Positions 23,601-34,715 of a DNA stretch of 64,000 nt are shown one piece after another. Origin of the DNA: Lama guanicoe (taxonomy: Eukaryota); assembly GCA_013239625.1 (NCBI GenBank), contig MU053629.1, forward strand, positions 833,567 to 897,566, written 5' to 3'. The notes below the pieces were generated by a model. It made no database searches, was not told where the DNA came from, and was given only the letters and a program-made list of their open reading frames with translations. The translations under genes and the position numbers were made by a program. Position 1 is the stretch's first letter, and every line of letters begins with the position of its first letter.

Positions 23601-25909
23601 TTCTCAGATGTACCACACGGGCCCCCCTGTATAGCAGACACCTTGCCAAGTGCTGTGGAGACCAGGAAAGGGATGGATGTCAGGTCCTGTCCAGTAACGG
23701 CTTACCCTGCGTCACGAAGACGAGCTGTACAGAGATCCGAATGTCAGAGAAGCCCTGTCCGTAGGGGGCCTAGAAGGCTTCTTGGAGGAGATGGGCCTGA
23801 CCCTCTGTAGACCCGGGGACCAGTCGGCCCTGCTGGGGGCAGTTTGGGGGTGGGAGGCTGGCAGGAATGCCCAGAGCAGGAAACCAGACCGTATCCAGAA
23901 CCCACCCTGCTCCTAGGCCCATCAGACCTGGACAGGAGCCAGCAGTGAACTCCCTTCCCCAGGCCGGCCCAGAGCGCGTGTTCAGGACTTGGCGGTTGCC
24001 CCTTGCACGTCCCTGGTTTTGCAGTAGTTCAGTAGCTGATTCCTCCGCTGCCCAACCCTGCCCAAAGGTCTCCTCCCGCTTTACCCCGCACACTCATCTC
24101 CGGCTGAAAGACGCAGCGCTCCCGGCGTGACAGCCCAGAACCAGGACTAAGGGCACGTGGTGTTGGCCTGCTGAGCTCTTCCTGGGCCTGGAGACTGAAA
24201 ATTAAAATAAAAAGTAGTCCCACAAACATCCCTGCAGAGCAAGAGGGAAGAAATTTACCTCCCAAGTCACTGGGACACACCTAACCAAAGGCAATTTTCA
24301 TGTTATTGTTGCCATTGTCATTGGCTGTCTTCGAAGTCTCCCAAGCTTTCCTGAGTGGCTTTCCCCCCTTTCCTTGACTCCATTCCCATCCGCCTTTCTC
24401 TGTAGGAAGGCCTCTTTGGGTCTCTCTCTCTCTCCCGGATTCCCTTCTACTCCAGGCTTCAAAATACCTCTTCCCTTATCTCATTCCATCAGCACCTGGG
24501 GAGTCCTGGAGAATCCAAGATCTTTTCTCACAGGGGGTTGGTTCTGGGAGTTAATCTGCTAACCGAGCCCACGCTGACGTGCGAGTGAGGCAGGCGGCTC
24601 CAGCCGTGGCCTCTCACACACAATATGGGGAAGACACGGAAATTGCTCTAACACATGTTTATTGAACAACTATTTAGTGCAAGGCACTGTGGGGGAGTTT
24701 TGCCAGTGGCCCCCAAAGCTGAGAAGGTGACTTGAGAAAGATGCTGGAAAAGGCATTTCCTGAGCCTGCTTCTCGTGTTCTGTCTGTCTTGGTGATTTTT
24801 TTCGTGTTTTCACATTTCTGCCATCAGATCTGTCTCTTTCCTGGCAGCAGGGACAGAGTCAGGAGGTTCCAGGAAAAAGCATGGCCGAGGCAAGAACAGA
24901 GAGAGCCCACAGAAACCCAAGCTCTCTATGAAAAAAGAGAAGCGGTGCTGAGCTGTGGCCCCGGGACCCTTTCCCTTCCAACATCAGCCACTGTGGGGAG
25001 AAAGAGGGTGAGGGATGTACTCAACCCCCTAATTAGAGCTGGAGAGGATTGCAGAAAGCTTCACCAGAGGCCCAGCCCACAGAGATTCAGATGAGAGCCT
25101 GGGTTGTGTTGGAGACATCAGTCAACTGAAAGCAGGGTCATGAGCCCACTCTCTCCTCAGTCCCTTGAGTGTCCCTGGAAAGCTACACTCTCCAGAGCAG
25201 TCGTGGACCTGGAGAGAGAAAAGCTGGAGTCATCAGCCAGTGAACCAGAGTGCCTTCTTAGCCATCCGAACGACTCAGCCCTGTGCCGTCATTAACTTTC
25301 CTTTGTGTTTCTGTTCGCGCCGCAGCAGGGCTGGGTTTCCTGCCCTGGAGGGGGCCCGCGAGCTCGCTCTGCTCCCTGCAGTCTCCTCTCTTTCCTCCAA
25401 AATTCCTGGGAAGAGGCCCAGAGCAGAAGCCAAGTTGATGCAGAAGATGCATTGCGATGTGGTTGGAGCCCAGAAGTTCATGGTGGGCACAAGGCTCCCT
25501 GCGGGTTTAGCGGTCCTAATTCTGTGTCCCAGAAGCTCTGGGACACCGGTACCTTCCTAATGGAAGCCAGACGGCCACAGAGGAGAGCGTTCTGCTAACC
25601 TGCAGAATCAAGAAGTTTCTTTCTCCCTCCTTTGCCTTTTTTCAAAAATCATTCTTTTACAATGGAAAAATCTTTCTAATTTTTTCTAATTAGGTACATA
25701 GTGGATACTCTATATTGTTTTAAAAAAATTGAACACAACAAAAATGTACAAGGGAAATAAAAATCACCTGAGTTCCCACCACACTGAGAAGTCACCGCTA
25801 ATGATTTAGTGACCATTATTTCATTCATCATTATCTGCAGATACACACACGTATGTATCTTAACATAAAAGAGATGTCACACATGCTGCTTAATTAGGGA
25901 CACTTTGAC

Positions 25910-26154
25910 AGTCTGTTTTTGTTTAGGTTTGGTTCAGTTTGGTCTGGTCTGAGCTGGTTTAGTTTTGTCTGGTCTGGATTTGACTGGTTTGGTTTGCCTT
26001 GTGCTGGTCTGATCTGGTTTGATTGGGTTTAATTGGATGTAGTTTGGTTTGGTCTGGTCTGATCTGGTTTGGTTTAGTTTAGTTTAGTCTAGTCTACTCT
26101 CATATGATCTAGTCTGGTCTTGTTTGGTCTGGTTTGGTTTGGTTTGGTTTGGTT
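25910..26154 (+). repeat. Degenerate pentanucleotide array (GGTTT/GGTCT/AGTTT/AGTCT/GATCT)n
   Basis: Directly visible; 5-bp register held over ~245 bp. Confidence 0.93.
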
Positions 26155-26229
26155 GAACTGGCCTCCTCAGGCTCCCTCCTTGGCATGTCTTATTCATTCA
26201 GATAAGAAGGAGTTGGGAGCATAGTTGAT

Positions 26230-28345
26230 TTCACAGAAACTGAGACTTTGCTGTATACACCTCTCCACACCTTGCCTTTCTTTTTCATGATACATCCTGG
26301 AAATCCCTCTGAGTCGGTTAATTTAGACTCAGCTCATTTCCTCTAGACTTTGCCCCATATTCTGTGGTAAACATGTACCCTATGCCCTCAGCCATTTGTC
26401 CACGAAGAGGCTGGGGCCTGGTTGCCCATGTTTGGTCACTAAATACGTGTTTCCATCAACACCAGTATGTTGCACACACCTCCAAGGACAGCATTCACAT
26501 CACTGTGCCATCCTGCAGCCCAGACTGCGATGAACAGTATCCTGCGACTAGTCTTACATTCTGATACTTTTATTCCCATAAGATGCACAGCTAGCAGTGA
26601 GACTGTCAGAGCATATGTGTGTTTTCCCTTGTAAAAGGTGTTGCCAGATTGCTTCCTTCTCCTGCAAGAAAAAAAAAAAAGTTGGTAACTTACATTTCCC
26701 TTGGCAGTGTATGAGCAAAAAGTCCCACCTTCTCCCAATTCCAGCCATCAGCAGTATGGAAACATTTTATTCTGCATTTTCTAGACTGGTAATGAGGCTG
26801 AGCATCTTTTCAAACATTTATCAATCAATTTGGATTTGCTCTTCTATTTTCTATTGAGATGTTCTTTTTTTTATTAATTAGTAAAAATTTCCTGTTTATT
26901 GTAGATTGTAATCATTTATCTGTCATACATGATATGTAACTATCCCCCCTCCCAACTTTAACATTTGCTTTTTCACCTTGTTTATGGTATCATACATTTA
27001 TTTCAAATTTAATGTAGTAATTTTATGTAGTAATTCATGTGTTTTTCATTTCATAGCTTTTGGGTTTATTGTTTTAGATTAAAACGTATTGCTATTCCCT
27101 AGATCATAAGTATGTTTTCCTAGATTTCAATTTTTTGTTTTGTTTTTTACATTTAGGCCTTTAATTGATCTAGAATGTGTCTGTAAATACAGTATAAGAG
27201 AAGAATTCAACTTTATTTCACATGGGTGGCCGGTGAGGCATCACCATTTATTAAAGAGATCTTCATCTGCAACTGACACGAAACGTCTCTCTTGTCGCAC
27301 ATCACAGTCACATACCTTGGGACTATTCTGGTCTTTCTTTTTTGTTCCAGTGTCCTATCCATCTATTCCTGTGCCAGGTCTATTCTGGCTTTCATTACAG
27401 AGGCTTTGTGGTATGTTTTAATATCTTGTAAAGCCCTCCAGACGTGTTTTCCAGAAGACATACGAGCCATGGAGAGTCTAATTAGAATTGTATTACATTT
27501 TTATTAAATTAAGTTTTCTACCCAAGAATATGAGATGTCTTTCCATTTGTTCAGTTCTCATAAGACTTTTAATAAGATTTTAAGTTTTCTTCGTGTAATT
27601 CTTCTACCTGTTTTTTTCAAATTTATTCCTAGGCTTATTATAATGTTGAAGCTGTTATGAATGAGTTATTTTCCTTTTCTTACTATGGCTTAGGGCACTA
27701 TAAATTTAGGGGGGAAAAGCTATACTTTAAAATAAAATATTTATCTCAGTGCCAAATGCCAAATTTCCTTATTAGTTCTGAGTGGGGGGTTGTTGTTTGT
27801 TTTTTGTTTTGTTTTTCACTAACTCTACAATATTGGATTTCCTAGAGGTAATTATAATATCAGTCAAAGGAGCAGTTTCACCTCTTTTTCCCAAAATTTT
27901 ATACAAATTATTTCTCTTTCTGGTTTTATTGCACCCATTAGCACCTCCAAAGCAATGTTCGACAATAATGGGGATAACGGACATTCCTGTCTTGTTCCTG
28001 ATTTAATTGGAAACATTTTTAACATATCACAATTTATGACTTTTGCTGTTGTCTTTTGATAGTTATGTTTAGCTATTTCCTCCTACCCTTTTTAGGGTTT
28101 TTTTCAGGAAAGGCTGCTGAATTTCACTGAGTGCCTTGTTGGTCTCCGTTGATCTGACCACATTTTCCCCCTTTAATTTGTTGATGAAAACAGAAATTGA
28201 AATAATATACTATCATTATATCAAAAGAATAATGCACTTTGACCCAAGGGTTTACCCCAAATATGTAAGGATATGTTGGTATCTCTAATCACATGTTAGA
28301 TTATTTAGTTTTTGTTTTTGTACTAACTTTTTCAGGTTTTACATT
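26230..28345 (-). mobile_element. Ancient L1M (L1ME/MC-like): 3' UTR plus decayed ORF2 RT region
   Basis: T-rich antisense L1 text, e.g. GGTGTTGCCAGATTGCT, AATGAGGCTGAGCATCTTTTCA, TTTACATTTAGGCCTTTAATTGATCTAGAAT, GGACATTCCTGTCTTGTTCCTGATTT. Confidence 0.8.
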
Positions 28346-29094
28346 TAAGTTTACGGCATTGATACACTCAAGGTTTGCATCCATTTGTGCCTCACCATTT
28401 CTTGCAGTTTTTCAAATTTGTTGCTATAGATTTACACCTGCGTTTGCCTACAGTTGCTCTGTTTCCTTCTACCCCTGTGATTATACCTCTTTTTCTCAAG
28501 GCTGGTCTTCTGTATTTCTGCTCTCATTTTCTCATTTCCTTGGTCACATTTATTTTTGTTTCTATTTTCGTTGGGCTTTTCAAAAATAGGAAGGGTGTTG
28601 TCATTGAAAGCTGGCTATTTAAAATCTCATATACGTGTTTTTACTAGCTGATGTCATGTGGCTGCTGTCCCATGGTGACCTGCCTTGATTGACACAATTC
28701 CTTAGAGGTCCTGATTCTGTCACCTGAAGAGGTGACACCCCCCGTTGTGACAGAAGAGGCCCCATGAGACTGTGGGCTTTTTCCAGATGAGAACTCTGGC
28801 CCCTCATTCCTGGCAGAGGGCTGGGAACTGCTGGCATGTCAGGGATGCTGAGAGGAAGGATGCAGGAAATGTTGAACTAGTCCCCTAGAGTGGTTCTGAG
28901 GAATGGGACAAGGAAAGAGAGGTTTCAATCACTCTCTTGTTCTCTCCGTATTGTAAAGGTAATATTTACTCATCAAAAAAAATCAGAAAATACAGATAAG
29001 TAAGAAGAACATTAAAAGCCACCCAACGTCCCACAACCAGAGATTAAGTCACTAACACCTCACTCAACATCCAGACCCAGACTCCATTATCCAC

Positions 29095-29775
29095 TGTGGG
29101 GGATCTCAGGCAAGTAACCCCACCTCTTTTTTTTTTTTAATTGAAGTATAGTTGATAGATGATGTTGTGTTAGTTTCTGGTGTACAGCATAGTGATTCAG
29201 TTATACGTACGTATGTTCCTTTTTATATTCTTTTTCATTATAGGTTATTACAGGATATTGAATACAGTTCCCTATGCTATTCAATAGGACTTTATTATTT
29301 ATCTATTTTATACACAGTAGTTTATATCTGCTATTCCCAAACTCCTAATTTATCCCTCCCTACCCCCTTTGGTAACCATAAGTTTGTTTTCTATATCTGC
29401 AAGTCTGTTTCTGTTTTATAAATAAATTCATTTGTCATTTTTTTTTAGATTTCACGTATAAGTGATATTTATATGATATTTGTCTTTCTCTGTCTGACTT
29501 ATTTCACTTAGGATGATCATCTCTAGGTCCATCCTTATTGCTGCAAATGGCATTATTTCCTTCATTTTTATGGCTGAGTAGTATTCCATTAAATAAATAT
29601 ACCACATCTTCTTTATGCAATCAACTCCATCTCTTGATCTTCATTTTCCTCATCTGTAAAACAGAGAGAATACTTAATTAACCATGTAGGTTTGTTATAG
29701 GATTAACTGAAATAATATTTATAAAGTGCTTGATACATAGTAAGAACCCAGTGGACAGCTATTATTAATAAGATT
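29095..29775 (+). mobile_element. MIR SINE split by an L1 insertion
   Basis: TGTGGGGGATCTCAGGCAAGTAACCCCACCTCT [L1] CTTCATTTTCCTCATCTGTAAAA...TAAAGTGCTTGATACATAGTAAG. Confidence 0.75.
29129..29622 (-). mobile_element. 5'-truncated LINE-1 3' end (camelid-type) with TSD
   Basis: Poly-T then AATTGAAGTATAGTTG...; TSD AACCCCACCTCTT (29116-29128) / AACTCCATCTCTT (29623-29635). Confidence 0.92.
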
Positions 29776-31459
29776 ATTATATGTCTATTCAGTCTTTTCC
29801 TCTGTGCAAATGTTATACAGACACATACACATATGTAACAGAATTGGAAGCTGGGTCCCAGTCCCTTTCTAGAACAAGGAGTGAGCGTCTCATTTCACCC
29901 CAGCACATGGAAGCAGAGCTCAGCTTGATCTTTATACCCTCCGTCCTGCACCCTCACCACATGCTTCTCCTTGGCAGTCAGGCTGGAGCCTCCCTCCCAC
30001 TGAAAGGTGTGAGCTCCCTCGAAGCTCACCTGGGGGCTATTAAGTGGACAGGATCAAAGGAAACCTAGTGTATGTTTTTTCATTCAATGTGATCCATATG
30101 TCCTACATCGTACTCTTTGGTGCAATGATACTTGTCAGAGTGAAGCAGAGGTCACTATTTCCAGTGTCACAGGATATAAATAATTTACATGCACTCCAAA
30201 GATAATGTTTTAAACTAGACTGCCCAGACAGGCTGGACAAAGGGATATGGGGGCAGTCATTCCACCCTGTCTCATCCTGCAACAGTGTGTGAGGGATCTC
30301 CCAGTTCCTCTCTATCCTAATATTTATAAAATTCTCTTATCTAAAATGTATACAATTATTTCATCATCTGGGTATGTTTCTGTCTGTCCTGTAACGCTAA
30401 AGCTCCTTATTCAGCTTTCATTGCCAAGAGTTAGACACAGATTGGGTACTTCCCAGAGCTGACTGAATGAACAAATGAATGGGAAGTGAGTTCCTACCCA
30501 AGCTGGAAAATAAAAGAGAACTAAACCTAGAAACAAAACCCAGATCTCATGACCCTCAAACCCAATTATTATATCTTTCTATCTTTCACTATGACAGATT
30601 TTATTTTATACCAAACCCAAACAGCCATTGTCAATCCTGTTAATTTTCCATTCATTCATTTAGCAAATCAACCCTGAGCACCTACTGTGTGCCAGGGGTT
30701 TCCTCTCGTAATCACACACACAGAGGTTTGGGTGATGACTTTGACCATTGTTATAACCAGAGAGTCCAAGTGGTCCAGCCCATGCTGCCCTGGGCAGAGA
30801 CCCACCTCCCTTCTCACCCTGCTCTAGCCCAGCCTGAGATGAGAGTCAGAATTTGGAGGTGGGTGTTAGAGAGAGAGATTTCGATCCAAGAACTTCCTGT
30901 GCCCCAGCCCTTCTCTGGGTGTAGCACCCCAGGTTCTCAGGTCCTTCCAGCACCTCCTCTGCTCCCCTAGGTTCCCAGCTGTTGCACTTCACCCAGATGG
31001 CCCTGCCTCAGACTTCAGACCTTTCCTCCCCCTTCCAGGAAGGATCTAAGCCCACCTGCACCCTGTTCATTGGTCCCCTGCAGCATGGCCTCGTCCCACA
31101 CGCTTCAACTTCTTAGCACCTTCTAGCTTATGATCTGGTTATCCAGTGTGTATCTTGCCTCCTCTCCTAGATTATCAGCATCTTGGGCTCAGGAGCCATG
31201 TCGAATTCGTCTTTGCATCCTCAGCGATGCCTGGCACGATGCCTCCTAGTGGATATTGCTTAGTCCTTGTTGAATAAATGAATGTATGAAAGTGTAATGG
31301 GAAGAAAAAATGTTATCTGATGAGACCGGGGTTCGAGAGAACAGGATTGCTTGCTCAGCATAAGAAATGAAATAGAATTTGGGGGGAATGGGAGAAAGAA
31401 AAGAGAAAGAAAGCATGGCAGGAATCCAAGTGAATATAAATGGCCAAGGGGCTTTATAA

Positions 31460-31625
31460 AAAAAAATTGGGGGTGGTAATTAGGCTTATTTATGTATGTA
31501 TGTATGTATGTATGTATTTATTTATTTAATGGAGATACTGGGGACTGAACCCAGGAGGGACTGAACCCAGGACCACGTCCATGCTACGCATGCACTCATT
31601 CTACCGCTGAGCTATACCCTCCCCC
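31460..31625 (-). mobile_element. tRNA-derived camelid SINE (Vic-1-like) with (TATG)n expansion and duplicated B-box
   Basis: Ends CTACCGCTGAGCTATACCCTCCCCC. TSD-like CAAGGGGCTTTATAA (31445-31459) / CAAGGGACTTTTTAA (31629-31643). Confidence 0.9.
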
Positions 31626-33074
31626 TGTCAAGGGACTTTTTAAGAGCAGGAGAATTTGATATTTGAATCTGTGGTTTATAGGATGCAATGGAACCGTCTC
31701 TCGCTGTATCGTCAATCTGCAGAGATGCAGGCTGCACTCACAGCAACCTTGTATGAGTCATGTTTTCCATGGGAAATCAGAGAAATGGAGCTGTGTTGCA
31801 CATCTGGAGTGAAGCCAGAGAGAATCAATGTGGGGAATCCAAGGTAATAAGGAAAAACTCAAGCTCTGTTCCCCACCAGAATCCATGGAAGAATTAGGAG
31901 TGAGAGGAAGGGGAGAAGGAGGTTCCCACCGTGCCTGGAATGAGGTTGCAGTTACTTCATTTGAATCTTAAGGACTAGGAGACTTGATTCCTAGCATACG
32001 AGTGAATGAATAATAATCATTGCTAAAATGTTTAAAGGCTATAGTGATTTAGGGTGCCCCTAACAACAACAACAAAAATCTTCAATGACCATTAGTGTCT
32101 CGTTTTTTTGGCTGCAGCTTCCATGAGAGAGATGCTTTTGAGCTGAGACAGTTATTTGGAGGTTCTTTAAATTTATGAGCCCTGATTCCAAGGACCTTTC
32201 AAACGCTATCTTGCTGGATAAGTCACCATCCTTTTGAAGCCAAAGGTGAGTGGCTAGAAGTGCCTGACCACTGTGACACACTGCCACCCAACCCAGTGGA
32301 CACGGCAGGAAACTAGGCATTAAAACAACCTGATTTCCAACCCCAGTTCATGAATTCATGTGAGTCTAAGCAAGTCACTTAATATCGTTGAGTTTCTGTT
32401 TTCAGATCTGTCAAACTGTGGAAATGCCACTGTCTTTGCCGCCAGTACTGTGTTGTTGAGGTGTAGACCAGGAAGCCCTCTGGGAAATCCAATCAAAGAG
32501 CTGAGGCACTTCATTCTGCCTTGGGCACAGATCATATTTTACTTCATTTTAAATGCAGCCCTTGGTTTCCTTGGGCAACCTTTATTTGGCTCCACCCTAA
32601 ATTCCAGAGAGTAGGGAAATGCTGGTTTGGCTGTGTGGAGGTTACAGAAATAAAGGTACAGGCAACTGGTTTCGAGAAGTGATGACAGAGAACAAAAAAG
32701 GTCACAAGGTGGGAATCTGAAAAAAAAGCCAAAAAACAACTCTGAGGACAGAACAGACGGAGCTATTTGTCAGGCTATAAAGCTCCATCGCCCCGTAAAA
32801 CTTAATAATCCCTAAAAGCATCTCTGGGGAGGTAGAGAGCAGCAGAGCACTCGGAGCCAAGTCATTGATGGTTTAAGCCAATTACTTGGTCCTTCCCTTA
32901 GGGCTCGAGCACGCACCACAGGCAGTGGCTTGTGTTCACAGGATGGCCTTGAATCAACGAGAAAAGGTTGGATTGTGTTGTGCTGTTTTTAATAAGGAAG
33001 GTACAGACGAAGCAGGTTTTAGAAAGCTCTTAGTTACTATGGTAGCAGAGGGGAAGTGGGAAACTCACGCTGAT

Positions 33075-33215
33075 GTGTGTTCAAACCCAGCTCCGTCCTA
33101 ACCAAGCCATTGAGTGTGCAAGTTAACACCTCTGAGCCTCAGTCTCCTTATAGGCACAATGGGAATAGTAAGAGTCACCTTGCAGAACTGTTGAGTGGCT
33201 TAAATGACAGAGCAT
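33075..33215 (+). mobile_element. MIR SINE
   Basis: GTTCAAACCCAGCTCC...GCAAGTTAACACCTCTGAGCCTCAGTCTCCT..AATGGGAATAGTAA. Confidence 0.7.
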
Positions 33216-33584
33216 AGGCTGCAGCCAGCCCAGATGTTGCCTTTCAAAGGTGAGGTGTCAGTTGTCAAGGAAACTGGCAGATCTAAAGCGCTGGACCCCG
33301 GGCACAGTGCTGGGCAGACTGGGCATTGCATCATTGTTGCTAGTGTCGCCGCTGCAGCTGCTACCGCTACTGCTTATACACTCCTTGTGACTCTGTTCCC
33401 ATGGAGAGACTAGGAGCCGCCATCCATCATAGGGGCAGGAAGGCATTTATCTTCAAGGCTGAGGTGAGCTCTCGGTTCACAGACTCCTAGCCTCTCCCAG
33501 GCAGATGGTCCCGCCTTCATCAGCATTCCCCAGGCGTTTGTCCACATCTCCATTAGTCAGGCTGTCCTGTCTTTTTGGAGATGG

Positions 33585-33815
33585 TTTTCAGTGATGAGTA
33601 AGAGTAATCCATTGCATTTGGGCAGACCAGGTTCAAACCCATGTATGTCCCTGGCTATGATACTTTACTCCTCTGTGCTTCATTTTCATGATCAGTAAAT
33701 GGGGCAGAATAAATGACCTACCTCATAGGGACAGTAGGAGGAGGAGATGAGTTCTTACATGTCGGTTTCTCGGAGCAGCGTCTGCGGGCATAGAGTCACC
33801 AAATATTAGCTAGTT
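33585..33815 (+). mobile_element. MIR SINE
   Basis: GGCAGACCAGGTTCAAACCC...CCTCTGTGCTTCATTTTCATGATCAGTAAATGGGG...CCTACCTCATAGGG. Confidence 0.7.
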
Positions 33816-34504
33816 ACAATTATGATGATGATTTGCATACAATATGTATATATTTATATGTGTGAATGTATAAATGGCACCTCATACAAATGACACCAAG
33901 TGTTTTATGAATGAATGAATGAAAGTTGATAGGCTGGGAGACACTCTGACTTCCTTGATGAATTTTGGGTGGGTTTGCTAGAGACCTTTCCTTTTTAATC
34001 ACCAGGCTTATGGAGGTAGGGAGAGGGTGGTGGAGCAGAAGACACTGAAGTCCTTTCTTGACTTTACAAGCCTCCCTGTCTTGTGACGGCACAGAAAAGG
34101 AATTCAGAGGATCTGAGACCCTTGCTGGAGGCATTCAGGAGAGGAATTCCATTTGCTGTCCATTATAAACAAACAACACGGCAGGGACGAGTCCCTTCTC
34201 CACTGGAAACCATTTGTTCCCCTATTTTGGTTTTTGCCTGCCCCTCCTGTTATAGGATGATAAATCCCCAAAATGTCATGTGGCTACAAAAAGCTAAAAG
34301 TGCATTTTTTTTCCCCCAGCCAGTTGGGTAGATCTTTGCATCCATGGGAACTTGCATTTCCACAGAGACTTGGAAAGGTCCCTGGGAGCCTCCCACCCCC
34401 CATCAGAACTGGAGGCCTGGGAGCTGTTGCCCCTGTGTCATTCCCATCCCCCTCTGCTCAGGTACTGAGTGGGGACTGGGGAGTCTCTCCATGACCCACC
34501 AAGA

Positions 34505-34715
34505 GCAGAAAGCACAGTTTGGACTTAGAGAGACTTGGATTGAAATCTCAGTGCTGCCAGAACTTTCTGGCTGTGAGCAATTGGGCAAGTTGCTTAAATT
34601 CTCTGAGCTCCCCCCACTCTGAGCCTCCACTTACATCTGTGAAATGGGGTCCAAATCCCTACCTCTGAGGACTGCTGTGTGGATTAAGGGATAGTCGTAA
34701 AGCATTTAGCACATG
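34505..34715 (+). mobile_element. MIR SINE
   Basis: GGCTGTGAGCAATTGGGCAAGTTGCTTAAATTCTCTGAGC...CATCTGTGAAATGGGG. Confidence 0.75.
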
